The notes below the pieces were generated by a model that was not told the DNA's origin, made no database searches, and saw nothing but the letters and a program-made list of their open reading frames with translations. Of a DNA stretch of 64,000 nt, positions 38,301-52,700 are shown piece by piece (positions within the stretch are counted from its first letter, which is position 1; every line of letters starts with the position of its first letter). The position numbers and the translations under genes were made by a program. The DNA comes from Perna viridis (Eukaryota). The DNA is taken from positions 16,036,742-16,100,741 of the forward strand of contig CM074519.1 of the NCBI GenBank assembly GCA_037379345.1, written 5' to 3'.

Positions 38301-41300
38301 TCATCGTCGGATGAAATATTATAGTTAAGTGAAATCGAATGTATTTTGTAATACATATACACATATCACAAGTATATTTCAGGAATGTTGCATTGGCTTC
38401 AGATCATATAGTGAACATATCAATTAGTTTCGTAATTAAATGTATTTTGTAAAATATGCATATATAAAGAACGGTATATACATGCGATGATTTTATCTTT
38501 AACAGAAAGAAGTGCTATGGAGCAATATTTATAGTTTAATTGTTCATGAAAGACGTGCAATATAAAGGTTTGACCAGGGTTAGGGGTGGTTCTAATACGA
38601 GATTGTGTGTAATGTTGGGTGGTATTTTGTTACAAATGTTAATAACTTTTTATCATTATTTTTTATTGACTTTAAGTCTGAGAGCACACGCTCTGCTAGT
38701 GGGCAGCACAAGCTGTATATTTTGCAGTCGAGTAACTTTTTAATGAATTAAAACTTTTGAGAATGTACAGTAGGCACATTGGACTATTATTAAGTCTTAA
38801 GTGTCGTAAGGTTTCACTCTATTCCATTTGGATTTATTTGCACTTTCTCTAAGAAATTTACTGTTAGATAACGTACAAGTAAATTTGAGTGGTTCAGGTT
38901 CTTATTAGCAATGTTAAATAACATTTGAAGTTGATCAAAAGACTCATTAAAAACAATAAAGCCATCTTCTTGGAGCTTATTATGTTGTGCTTGTTTGGGA
39001 ACTTTTCAACCATAAAGTTATTAAGTTCTTACGCTTGTATGTCGCATATGTCAGGGCTAGGGACTATCCTCATTTCACATCGCATTAAGAACTAATTCTA
39101 ATAGAACAAATTATGATATTAGAAGTAAGTTCTCATTGCTCAAAAGTATACCATAGTCTTCTTTTTTTTTCATTTCAAAGTGAACGTTTTCAGCGCCTTA
39201 ATTACTTCATTACTGAACATGCTTGTATACAATGCTTATGCTTACATAAGATCCTTGGTCTTTAACTATAGGTAGCTAAAAATAGTCAAGAAGTCTACAC
39301 AATTTCCACAATAGGGAATAATCGGACGGCATGGTATCTTTTCTCTACTGGAGAAAATTGGTTATAATGTTTAGTGGTAGTTCGTGTATTTTTTGTATCT
39401 TTCCAACAGTTTGTTTAACATACTGGATTGATATAACACAAAAATCTCTGGATATTGATATCCATTTCGTTGCTCATTATAACATTATGAATTTTTCAAC
39501 TATAAATAGTAAATTGTTAATATTATTAATATTAAAGACATTTGTTACATACTTCTTCCTACATAATTTAACATGTTGAATGGCAGTTTATGTTACATTC
39601 ACTATATGTACATGAGATTCCCCTCCTCTCCTTTCATTTTCTTAATTATTTTTTTCTACCTCAACCTTTTTTTTTTTTATGAAAAACGCAATACAACATT
39701 ATTTTTTTTCACCATTAAGCAATTTATTTTCAAAAATATTCCAGCCCCCCCCCCCCTCAATATAAAAATGGTCGGTGCCTTATTTTGGTTTCTTTTGGTT
39801 CTCTATGTGGCTAGTTGTTTCTGCCATCGTTTTGTATGCTTCGCTTATGTTTCTTTCTTCAGACAAAGAGCTTGAAATTGAGAAGCCAATGTCGTGTTGA
39901 TAACATCGAACATCAGTGCACTAAGGTTAAAATACTTACATTAAAATACGTTGCGTTTTATACCAATCACCTCCCTACAAGCGTTATAACGAAATTTTGA
40001 ATTGGATCCAATTATAGAATAATTTCTTCCAATATTGCATGCTGATCTAAAGACGAGACTATTTTTCACATCAAGTAAAACAATAAGTAGACGAACTATA
40101 CAACTACGATGAGAAAACCAAATCACGCCATTGATTCCGATACAAAGGATAAATGTCAGACAAGAAACATATGGCATAGTGATATAGAAATTTGATCGCA
40201 TTTGGGTTGTTTGGAGTTTAAAGGATTATTAAGTCTTTGTGCATTATTATGAGATTTGACGGCAATGTAGGGTAAGACTGATTCCCTATTTATAATATTC
40301 CAGTTGAATTATTTTTCATGAATGCTGCCGAAGAAAGGATGGTATGTGAAACTCGTTATTGATAAAAATAACTGTCCATTGAACTCATGGTCGTGTAAGA
40401 ATAAAAGGGGGTTGTGTGCAACTAGTATTTAAATCGTTTTAATAAATAGAACAAACAGTACCCTGTCCCCTTTTTTACATTTTAATAACTTTATAAAATA
40501 TGTCTTATATGGATAACTGTCTATATAATTGTTTCTGGCAATTTCGACTAAATGCTTCTTTGGAGTAAATTCATACAAATACAAAAATGTAATTTGAAAC
40601 ATATTGACGAAAACGAAATACAATATAGCTTCAGTTTGCGACAACCAAATATTTTACAATAATTCATCCAGGGAGCCAGTAAATAATAAAAGAACATAGT
40701 TATTGGTTTATAAAGAGTATTATTATTATTATCATATAAAAGGGTGAGGCTTTCGTCAAAATTTTGCGCAAAATTAACAATTTCTTTGATCATGAAATTG
40801 GAGGTTCTACATACCCCCTGAACCCTAGCCCCCACCCATCTCCTTTGCACCCGCCACTAGCTTAAGTTCAGTTAGAAAATCAGTTCACATAGTGGGCAAA
40901 AGTCATGTAAGGAGATTAATGCAATTACGGTTAATAACCAGATTATTAACGATCTGTTACATGATTGATACTTAATTTTTTTAAAGTGGGTAAAACCTGG
41001 TTCAACCGTGTAAAGAATTTAACCCGATCTCCTTAAAATATGTAAGCAATGTAAAGGATGTCTGAGAAGAAGCATAAAAGAAACGAAACAATAGACGTAT
41101 ATGGAATGATATGAGATGTAAACAAAACGTAATAACATAAAAAATAAATAAACAAGGAAAGACCATGCATTTAGCGGCGTCCGACCATAGATTATAAAAT
41201 AACAGCATTAAAATCTGTGTCAATAAAACAAGTTCCAAGACATTACCAAAAGAGACTGTCGGCTAAATATAAAATGCTTAAGGTTAGATTCAAACTTCCT

Positions 41301-42014
41301 TGTATAATCCAAATGGTTGGAAATGAAGTATAAGTGTGTTTTTTTTTCATTTATTTTATTCACAGAATGTAAGCGGCCCTTTGCAGTCACACCCAAAAAC
41401 AAGAGGCTCACAGGAACTTGAATTGCCCAGCTTGTTCATTTTGGACCTTTTAAGGGAAAACATTCTAACGAGGAGTCGTCCTACAACTTTGATCCAAATG
41501 AATATTTTGTATGCCTTATCACAAGGATCGTTTCATCAATTAGTTGTGTCTCTGTATCTATTATGGGCTTTAGAATGTTGGCTGAAAACTGTAAAAAACG
41601 TCAAGGGCAACAACCCTAACAAGGAGTCCGCCTACGACTTTGTCACAATTTAAACTTTTGTAGGCGTTATCATAAGGATCCCTTCCTCAATCGATTTTTT
41701 ATCTATTTAAGTTTTTAGGATATTAGCTGAATACTGCAGAAAAACTTTTTTTCACTTGTCAAGGGCAATAACTGTAACAAGTCGTCCTCACAACTTTGAC
41801 TCAACATAGATTTTTGTAGATTTTTTTTTATATCTATTATAGTTTTCAAGATATTGACTGAAACAGCGAGTCCGTCGTAACTCGCCTGTCAATGGCAACA
41901 ACTCTAACAAAAAAGAGTTGTCCTACAACTTGGACCCAATTTAGATCTGTGTAGGCTTTATCATAAGGGTCATTTCATCAATCGAAAGTTTCTGTCTAAT
42001 AAAGTTTTAAAGAT

Positions 42015-42143
42015 NNNNNNNNNNNNNNNNNNNNNNNNNNNNNNNNNNNNNNNNNNNNNNNNNNNNNNNNNNNNNNNNNNNNNNNNNNNNNNNNNNNNNN
42101 NNNNNNNNNNNNNNNNNNNNNNNNNNNNNNNNNNNNNNNNNNN
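42015..42143. other. Assembly gap
   Basis: Run of N within the satellite array. Confidence 1.
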
Positions 42144-42345
42144 TTTTGCCTGTCAAGAGCAATAACTTACAAGAAGTCGTCCTACAATTTTGATCCAATT
42201 TAGGCTTTTGTAGGCCTCAAGAATAGGAAGTTTCTTAGTATCTATGATAGTTTTTTTATGATATATGAAGACAGGGATAACCTAATAGTACGTAATATAA
42301 AGTCCCTGATGAAGAGTACTACAAAAAAAAAAAAAAAAAAACCAC

Positions 42346-42666
42346 ATCATTTTTGTCTGTCAAGGGCAACAACTCTAACAAGGACTCACCCTACGACTTC
42401 GACTCAATTAGAATTGTGTAAGCATAAATTCATTAACTGAAAGTTATAGTTATCATTTTTGTCTGTCAAGGGCAACAACTCTAACAAGGACTCACCCTAC
42501 GACTTCGACTCAATTAGAATTGTGTAAGCATAAATTCATTAACTGAAAGTTATAGTTATCATTTTTGTCTGTCAAGGGCAACAACTCTAACAAGGACTCA
42601 CCCTACGACTTCGACTCAATTAGAATTGTGTAAGCATAAATTCATTAACTGAAAGTTATAGTTATC
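42346..42666. repeat. Three identical 106-bp tandem units
   Basis: Units start at 42346, 42452 and 42558. Confidence 0.9.
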
Positions 42667-43280
42667 AAGATTTTGGCTGATAATGTCATTTCTCGCCATT
42701 TTTTTTGTCTTACAACTTTGACCCAAATTTAGACTTTTGTAGGCCTTATTGTAGGGATCATTTTATCAATAGGTTTCTTTCAATCTCTGATAGTTCTTAA
42801 GATATTGGCTGAAAATGATGATGACAACACCAACTACAATGGTCCTGATGACATCAACGGACGCCAAGTGATGGCAAAAGCTAACATGACCTTTTAGGAG
42901 AGGTGAGCTGAAATTCAATCCCAACATTCCTATTGTGGAAGTACTTCTGTTACTACTATTTTAATGAGATTCATACATTTATTGTCAAGTTAATATCCAG
43001 ACATCATGACAATACTTGTTCCTGGCCCCTTTTTTGTAAACAGTTCAAGTCAACCTCCAAAATCATGTGTGGTATGGTGCCTTGTGGTATAATTTCATAA
43101 AAATCCTATATTCAAATATTTTTTTTGTGGAAACCAAATTGTCTACAGACAACAACATGATGCCATGATATGATTGCAATTTTTGGTGGTGGTATCAGAG
43201 AGGGGTTGGCTCCTTCCATGATGAAAAACAAACATTTAAAAATATCTGTCAAACTACTTTAAATTTATAGTATGACCTAT

Positions 43281-44532
43281 CAACTGACAACAATTACACA
43301 AAGATTAACCCAGAAATCCACTGACAACAGTTACACCAAGATGAACCCAGAAATCAACTGACAACAATTATACCTAACTGAACCCAGAAATCAACTAACA
43401 ACAGTTACACCTAGATGAACCCAGAAATCAACTGACAACAGTTATACCTAACTGACCCAGAAATCAACTGAAAACAATTACACCTAACTGAACCCAGAAA
43501 TCAACTGAAAACAATTACACCAAGATGAACCCAGAAATCAACTGACAACAGTTACACCAAGATGAACCCAGAAATCAACTGACAACAATTACACCTAACT
43601 GAACCCAGAAATCAACTGAAAACAATTACACCAAGATGAACCCAGAAATCGACTGACAACAGTTACACCAAGATGAACCCAGAAATCAACTGACAACAGT
43701 TACACCTAACTGAACCCAGAAATCAACTGACAACAATTATACCTAACTGAACCCAGAAATCAACTGACAACAATTATACCTAGATGAACCCAGAAATCAA
43801 CTGACAACAATTACACCTAACTGAACCCAGAAATCAACTGACAACAATTATACCTAGATGAACCCAGAAATCAACTGACAACAATTACACCTAACTGAAC
43901 CCAGAAATCAACTGACAACAATTATACCAAGATGAACCCAGAAATCAAATGAGAAGAGTTACACCAAGATGAACCCACAAATCAACTGACAACAATTACA
44001 CCAAGATGAACCCAGAAATCAACTAACAACAGTTACACCTAATTGAACCCAGAAATCAACTGACAACAATTATACCTAGATGAACCCATAAATCAACTGA
44101 CAACAATTACACCTAACTGAACCCAGAAATCAACTGACAACAATTACACCTAACTGAACCCAGAAATCAACTGACAACAATTATACCTAACTGAACCCAG
44201 AAAATCAACTGACAACAATTACACCTAACTGAACCCAGAAATCAACTGACAACAATTATACCTAGATGAACCCAGAAATCAACTGACAACAATTACACCT
44301 AACTGAACCCAGAAATCAACTGACAACAATTATACCAAGATGAACCAAGAAATCAACTGAGAAGAGTTACACCAAGATGAACCCACAAATCAACTGACAA
44401 CAATTACACCAAGATGAACCCAGAAATCAACTAACAACAGTTACACCTAACTGAACCCAGAAATCAACTGACAACAATTATACCTAGATGAACCCAGAAA
44501 TCAACTGACAACAGTTATAACTAGAAGAACCA
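43281..44532. repeat. 37-bp minisatellite, ~34 copies
   Basis: Unit AACCCAGAAATCAACTGACAACAATTACACCTAACTG with CAAGATG/CTAGATG variants. Confidence 0.95.
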
Positions 44533-44550
44533 AGAAAAACTAAAATGCAT

Positions 44551-44854
44551 GTACACTGAAACCTTTCTAAAACAAACTTATTTCAGACTGCAGAAAAAAC
44601 AAACTTATTTCAGACTGCAGAAAAAACAAACTTATTTCAGACTGCAGAAAAAACAAACTTATTTCAGACTGCAGAAAAAACAAACTTATTTCAGACTACA
44701 GAAAAAACAAACTTATTTCAGACTGCAGAATTTGTTTGATTTAGATAGGTGTTTGGTAAAAAAAAATTGAATCTGATATGAACAAACCCGAAAAAGAGTG
44801 ATTTCTACAAGTTATTGGTTTAAACAGGGTTTGTTTTAGACACGTTACACTCTA
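44551..44854. mobile_element. CAGTGAAACC-family MITE containing 6 copies of a 27-bp repeat
   Basis: TACACTGAAACC start; AAAACAAACTTATTTCAGACTGCAGAA x6 (44569-44730); degenerate right end. Confidence 0.6.
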
Positions 44855-44910
44855 TGATCAAACGGATGTACACGGGGTAAAGAAAAAAAAATCATAACAA
44901 ACATCAAGTG

Positions 44911-44916
44911 TTTATT
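44911..44916 (-). terminator. Candidate polyadenylation signal of the CPM-like gene
   Basis: AATAAA on the minus strand followed by a GT/T-rich tract, ~1.6 kb past the stop codon. Other AATAAA sites exist closer to the stop. Confidence 0.35.
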
Positions 44917-46527
44917 ATACATACAAAAACACAATACATTACAGTTCAGTATTTTAATAAACCAGAGTTGCTGATAAAAATGTTAATTATGGAGACTTTA
45001 AGTAAACGGCTTTGAATATAAATAATTTTTTAAATAAAATTTGTAGATTAAATCTAATAGTGTTGACCTTAACTAAAATGTTTATTTATGAAGGTACATT
45101 TTGAAACATTGTCAAAATGAAATACTAAAATTCAAATATATGCATTTGAATCTTGGTGTAGATGAAAATTATTAGTTACAGAGTGTTTTCTGAATTAAAT
45201 TACGGAATGTAAAAAATTATAAAATATATATATTAAAATCTAATTCTAATAATAAGCCCTGTAAAATGTATTTAAAAAATTCAGAAAGAACCAAAAAGAC
45301 AAAAAAAAATACATAAAATGTAACATTAAACAATTATTGGCAAAAGTAAATTCTAGTAGAACCTGCAGCATGTATCATAATCCTTCAAAAAACTGACTTT
45401 ATATATTTTATGAATTTACCAAAAACTCAAAGATGGACAAATGTAGTTTATATTAGAAATTGACACTATAAAAAAGCAATAAAGTAGGACAATTGACTGG
45501 ATCCAGCCTGTGTCAATGCAGCTAAATTTAAGATGAAATTGTCTATTTAAATGGTCAATTATAGTTTTTCCCATTACAACATTGATAAATCAATCTCTGT
45601 AAGTACCTTTCTAAGAATCAGGCAATGGGTGGCACATCATTTTTCTCAATTTTGGATTCTTTTGCTCCAAATATATTCAATACATCTAGGAAACAACTGA
45701 AAATTCAAATTTATCTAAAAACATCTGTGATGTAGATATTTTTTGACTGCTTATATTGAAAAGTGTGGGAATATTTTCCAGCCATTTTTTCATAGTGCAT
45801 ATTATCTAAACTTGACGAACAAATACCATAAGAAGGCAAACTTTACAAACACTTTCATTGCTATTTCAGGAGGTAACGAGGTAAAAAAACTTGGATAATG
45901 CACTAAAATTTCTGGGTTTCTTTTCTTTTTGTGCCACATCTTAAACACATTTAGCCTGATTCTTAGACAGAGAAGTACTTAAAAGGTGAAAGTTTTGTCC
46001 TATACAAATGCATGTAGTTTACATGGATCAATGTTTTTTTTTTTTAAGTACAGAGTAAAGAAATCAATATGTTGCTTGGTAATAGATGCCATTTTAAATG
46101 TAAGATACACCACTTTAATTTCAATTGCCTTCCTTATTTGTCAAAGAATTTGTGCATCAACTCAATAGCTTTTGAGAATTCTACACAAATTTAAAAAACA
46201 AAGTTAAAAAAAAAAAAAACCTTTGATAAATTAAAGTTGACAATTGTCCCGCACAGTGTTTACTTATTTTAATTGTGAATGTACTAGTTAATTTTATCTT
46301 GAATACACAAAATAAAAAATAATCTAAAAAAAATTTTAACAATTGTGAAATAATTTGTAATTCAAAAGTTTCAATAAAATAAAATTAAATTCTCAAACCT
46401 AGATCAAAAGATGTTTCCATGTATTCAATTAAAATTTAGAATTGATATGAAGTCTGTCTTCCATCAAATTTCGTAATAACTTTTTTTCAAAGTAGATAAG
46501 ATAAATAAATATCAGATTTCTATCCCA

Positions 46528-46707
46528 TTAAGAAAAATATTTCACAACAAAATAGCATAGAGAGAGAATAAGTCCAGTGACAGGGAGATAACTCTTAAGT
46601 GAATTTCCTGTATTCACTAGTTTTCCAAGGTAAAGGTCCTGCCTCACTACATCTTCATTGAGTATGGTAACTGTGGATTCAGCAACAATATCTCCAGAAG
46701 AAACAAC
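46528..46707 (-). CDS. CPM: CPM-like last coding exon with GPI-like tail
   Basis: cag|[15 protein letters not shown]...[28 protein letters not shown]. Confidence 0.8.
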   Translation of the reverse strand, partial: VVSSGDIVAESTVTILNEDVVRQDLYLGKLVNTGNSLKSYLPVTGLILSLCYFVVKYFS

Positions 46708-49700
46708 CTGTTTATAGAAGAAGACAGAAATGAAGATTAATATGAATGTGGTAACTTCTGTAAGAATTACAATTGAGGTAAGAAACTGACCAAGGATTCA
46801 GCAGTTTAATCCTTTTCACAAAAGTCATAAGTGTTAAATTGAAAGTTATGACACCATAAAAGATACACAGAGCCACTTTAACCATTCATTGGATTTTGGT
46901 TTTATATTACAGAAAGGTTAGGCATCATGTTCGGATGTGTATGAAGGAATAAAACTATTGCCCAATGTCTGCAAAGGGAGATAATTAAACACGAAAATTA
47001 AATATTAAACTCCATTTGTGGTGTGGTGAACTTGTTGACAGAATTCTAATTACTTGTGTTTTTTGGTTTTAAGAATATTTCCTGTATCTTATAAAAATCT
47101 TGCTCTTAAACTCTCACCTGAATAATGTATACACCTGGTCGTAGCAATCTCCAATATTCACCATGTTCTGATGTTTTAAATGTCATGGATTCTCTCCCTT
47201 TGATTCTCATCTCAGCATTTGGCACTACTGTTTCATTAGGAGTGAGTACTAGTCCTTTTACACCTGATAGTAAAAACAAGGAGACCATGGCAGATGAAAC
47301 ATAATCAGGGGACAAAGACCAGACAAAGAATACATGCAAAAAAGGACCCAATAATAACAAATATTAACTAAAAGAATACACATATAAACTTAAGTATATA
47401 TAAGCAACCCAATCACTAATTCACATGAAGTAAATATAAATAAGCAGTTGCACATACTAAGTTTACTCCACTCAAATAAAAATTCAAATAACTAGAAGTT
47501 GATATCAGACAGCAACCAGAATGGAATACAACATATGCATCACCTATATAAAGCCAAATCCTAAATTTGAAATTAATCCACAATTTGGGAGTCAAAATAA
47601 TTGCAATAAAATTCAGATGGACTGACAGACATACAGAAAAAATGATTTCAATATACCACTCATTTGTTGAGTAGGGTATGATAAAACAATTATTTTAGAA
47701 CTCTCATTACCTGCTAGTATGGACTTACATCAAGTAGCTAATGAAGGTTTACTGTAAAAGTACCATTGTTCGTGGGGTACAAATTTCATGGTTTTCATGG
47801 GTATACCAAACCACGAAATTTGGTTCCCAATGAAAAGGAGATTTCCATTGATGTGTATACTGAAAACTTCAAAACGACAAATTTAAGAATCCACAAATTG
47901 TGTTTCTTCCATAATACACGAAAATTGGTATTCACAAATTAAAGTATTTTCACAGTATTAAATTTGAACCCAACACCAGAGAAATTGTGAGTGCTAACAG
48001 TAACCTACCAGTATGAACAGACATCAAGTAGTTAATGAGAGCGTATTTATTTTGAGCCCAGTACCAGGGAAGATGTGATGAGTTTGGGTATTTGCAGCAG
48101 CTTATTTCCAAGGTTACTTCAAAACAACCCTCTCTCACATAGTTATAATCCTGCATTCCACCTGAAAAAAGAAATTAAATCTTTTCTTGTAAGTGGAAAG
48201 TAAACAAACCTAACATTCATACATGACATTCAAAACATAACAGGCATAAAATATATAAACAGTAAAAACTTCACATTTTCATCTCATTCCTTCTTTTGAT
48301 TATTGTCCATAATTCCTACCACTGTAGGAACTTATCTAAAACTACTGGTACCGTGGTACCACCAAATCTCCACTCCTGTTGCCCTAAGGGAAACTTAACA
48401 AGGACTTGGTACTTGAAAAGTATTTATTTTGTAATGAGCCATTTATTTTTACTATTTTCATGGATACATGTAAATATGCTCTGCATCCACGATAATTAGC
48501 AACCACCAAAATTAATCCATTTACAATACCCAAAAGCCCTAATACTGATGCCCAAAAGGGAAACTATTCAGGACTGTGTACCACCATATTCCACTAGTGA
48601 TGACCATAGGGGAAACAAACTAAGGACACTGTATCATCGAGCACATTACTGATGCCAATAGGGGAAACAAAAGACTAGGTACTATCAAGCACATTACTGA
48701 TGACCATAGGGGAAACAAAGGACTAAGTAACATCCAGCACATACTGGTGCCCATAGGGGAAACAAAGGACTAGGTACCATCAAGCACATTACTGATGCCT
48801 TTAAGGGAAATTTTTCAAGGACTGTGCAGTGCCAATTCCCTAAGGGAAAACCTATGTAGGCCTGGGTACCATCAAGCTTTGTAGTGATGCCCTTAGGAGA
48901 AATCTATTCAAGACTGTGCATTACTGATGCCTTAAGAGGAAACCTACCTAGGACTGGGTACCACCAAGCTCCATTAGTGATGCCCTCAGAAAACCTATCA
49001 CCACAATGTTGTCCTGTATGCATCGTTTGATGGGAGTATGAATAGACTCTAGAGAGATACTGGAAAGTGTCATCATCTGGAGATCTCACATAGCGGGTCT
49101 GTAATATGAAAGATCCTAAAATACAATCAAATAGACTAATTAAAATATATGAAAAAAGACTTTTGCGAAATACACAATGCGAAGATATTACCCTATCACT
49201 TTCTAAAATGAAGCATTTTTATTATGATATTGAAGAATAATTTCAACAAATTTCCCTTTAATTGCAAAATAAGAGTGATTATCAGCCTAAAATTACATAT
49301 AGGTATGGTGAAAATACCAGCATGAATTCTCCTACCCTTATTTTGGGTCAGAATTCTGATCCCATTACAGCATGCCCTAAATATCCCAAATTTCAGCAAA
49401 AGCAAGATATGCTCATGATTTTAAAAAAATGGAGCTTTGCAAGATGTACAAAATCCTCTCTTTACTGTACAAAATGAGTTCTTCATCCAAAAGCTGCCTC
49501 ATTAACCTTGATACAATAAAAATTGTAATGGACCTCATCAAGGATATTAAAAAGAAATTATTTTGAAAATATTGTATAAGAATCCTTGCCCTCATGTACA
49601 TTGTATGTCGATTAATTCCAAATCTTGCAATTCTCATGCTCTTTTTTCCAATACTAACATTTTATTTTTACATTGGGCAGGAAAGCAGAAAAATTGCATT

Positions 49701-52700
49701 TGCCAAAATACATACAGTTTATTCATCATCACATTGGTTCTGAAATACAAGAAAAACTACTACAAAACTACTATACATCTAGAAATATATCTATAACAGG
49801 TTGTTTTTGCAGGTGCAAAATTTGGCAATTTTGAGGCAAAAAGGTAAACAAAAAAGTTTGGTGTTTTTAATTTTGGCAGGTGATAAAATATACAGTATTT
49901 GCAATTATTACCCACCATTTACATAATTGTCAAAAGGATAATTGGCAACCATGGCACCTCCATGAAGGTTAGCAGACAGAATAAATCGGTATTGTTTCAG
50001 CCAATCCATAACAGCCCTGGTCTCTGGTTGGATAGGTCGTGGGTTGACCTCAAAGTATCCTGGGAAATTTCTGTTCAGGTCATATCCATTTGCATTTTCT
50101 CTGAAAACATGAATAATGGTCAACATTTCTCTCCAATATTACTAGCAAATCAGGAGCAGATGTAGAAATTTAAAAAAGGAGGTAATAAAAGGGGGATCAT
50201 GCTGTTATTTCCTAATTTTTGCCCCAAGTTTGCACAAAACTAAAGAATTTCCTATTGGAGGGGATTTTGACCCCCAGAATCCCCTGGACCTGTCACTGAA
50301 AGTACTGTACGTATGGCTTGCAGGTATTTCTGTGGAGTATATATTTCCCCTTTTTGGGAATAGGTACAAATTATGAGCAGGACCATTGCACTAAAACCCA
50401 TGAAACTGGTGTTGCCTTATTGTCATTATTTAAGCCCCAAAAGTCAGCAATGAAAGGAGATCTCTACAATGGAGACCACCATTGTACCTAAAATAAATTA
50501 AAATCCATTAAAATTTTTATTGTCCAGGCAAAATTATTTTTACTAATTGCAACAGAAAATGCCAAGAATGTTTGAGGATTAAACTGGTACGTGGAACAAG
50601 TTCTGCACACTCGTTAAATCTAGGCATTCTTCGACACTCATGATAATATTTTGGTTATTTACTCTTTCCAATTAAATATCCTATTACTATTTCACCATGC
50701 TCCAGGCAGCCTCTGATGTTAAAAATTCACTCTAGACGCTGCAGCCAGTGTTCTAATTACAGAAATGCATATTGCATGACATTTCCAATCATCTTGAAAA
50801 AAATTTTGGTATTTTTCATATTTGCAAACAATATATCAACAGTCTTTATCCTGTTTTTAAAAAATCTTGGAACCATAAAAGCAGAAAATCTACTTGATTA
50901 TTTCCCTTTAAGTTGGAATTCTTGAACTTCACTATCTTGAAAAAATGGGCACACAGTATACTATCAAGTCACATAATATGGGTTGTTCTTTGATAAAAGA
51001 TATGAACAATCTTTTCAAGGTGAGATGATCCTCCAATTAATTCTAAAATGTCTACCATCCCTATATTTAATTTATTAGATAAAGCAAAATTATGATTTTA
51101 TATCAAAATCAACTGACAGTGTTATCTCCCCTTTCCAATGTAAATTGAAATGATTATTTTGAGGTTTCCAAACTATAGACTACTAGACTTTTTCCTCTGT
51201 TTATCTGGGGCATAATGCTAGAGATTTGAATTTAAAAATACTGCACAAAATGGAACAATACCCAGCCATGTAATGGTGAGAAAGGTGGATGGCAAAATGG
51301 CTTAACTCAAAAATTGCACTTTTGATTTTTCTGAAAATTACCTTAACAAGTATTATATGGCACCATACCAATACAGTGAACATGTACTATGAATCTGAAT
51401 GCATATACATAGCTACAAATGACTAAACAACAACTAAGGCAGATCCAGGGCTTCAGGTAAAGAGGGGTAGTAAATAGAATTAAAGGCTGAACAAAGCAAG
51501 CAAGAATGTCTCTGATGTGTACATTTGTGACAAATCAAGATTTGATGCAAGAAGTTTTAATTCTTTTTTCTCATTTTCAGGCAGAAGACTTTCTGCATTA
51601 TATGAACCCATGACTAAAATGAGATCTGGTAAATTAATCAAGGTTCATGGTTACAGAGGGTAATATAGTTGGGAGAATATGTATAACAATGTTGTGCATA
51701 ACAGACATAAGCACAATTTCCTTTTTCAAACTTGCATGTTTCATCGGGGTTCAAGGTTGGTAGAATTTGTACAACCACATACTGGACACACTCTTTACAA
51801 TTAATCATGGCAATATTTAGACCCTTCTTTGACGGTTGACATCAAGGTTAGGAGAAAACTTAAATTAGTACACCCAAACATACCTGCCTCCAATACCATC
51901 ACAATCTCCCTCCATAGACTTGTTAAATCCATCAGGGTTCATGGTTGGGAGAATATGTACGCCAGTGTTGTCAAGGAATGTACGAATTGTGGAATTAGTA
52001 TTATAGTTGGTCAGGTAGTAATCAATTAGATGAAGTAAAACTTCTCGGCTCACAACCTGTTATGGAAACAAATATAATTTTATGAAAAACATGGGTTACA
52101 TCCTAGTCTTTTTTTCTGACCTTACAATAAAATTTTTCAATCCCTACAGGAAATCTAAATGTTGCCTCCAACAACAAGTTCTAAAGCTAATCCTAAGAAG
52201 TCTGCATAACTCGTGTAGGTTTTTTCTTCTTTTTTTACATACATAGGACATGTACAATTTAAATGAATTTGAATGACATTAACCTGAACATTTATTCAAT
52301 ACATTAATAGACGAAGAAAGTTGAAAACAACTACAATGATCCTGACTTAGTACAGGTATTCCCGATGACGTTTTATAGTGCACTAAACACCTTGCTTTAA
52401 TTACTACTAATTGTTTCTGGTATATTGAAAGGCAAAGATTTGACCTACTGATCACTCTCAAATTATTTCCTTGGGCAAAGATATGTCAATGTCCAGATAA
52501 CACATTAGAATGTTTTCATTATTATTTTTAAAGGGATATTTCTGGTTTACTTTTATCATTACTCTTCAATCTTAAGGTAACATTTTTCACTGAACAAGTT
52601 AATCATCCTTAAATTTTATACGCTTTTTTTCAGCCCAGAATTTTTTGATCCAGCAAATCAAAAAAATAACACCCTGTGAACATTTTCAGGGTAAAATTTC

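Larger units (their letters stand above)
41397..42913. mobile_element. Helentron-associated non-autonomous element carrying a central satellite array
   Basis: Starts AAACAAGAGGCTCACAGG. Contains degenerate ~130-160 bp monomers (TCAAGGGCAACAACTCTAACAAGG...), a (GAC/GAT) microsatellite and a terminal AAAAGCT.ACATGACC...GGTGAGCT hairpin, as recalled for bivalve HINE/pearl-like elements. Spans an assembly gap. Confidence 0.6.

Noticed and set aside
43281-44532. CRISPR-like periodicity in the 37-bp and 54-bp arrays
   Set aside because: No unique spacers, no cas genes, and a eukaryotic context.
48690-48740. CTGATGA-CC-ATAG-GG-GAAAC looks like a minimal hammerhead ribozyme core
   Set aside because: No stem I complement and no proper stem III follow. 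It is a chance variant of the exon-derived tandem repeat, and the neighbouring units lack the core.
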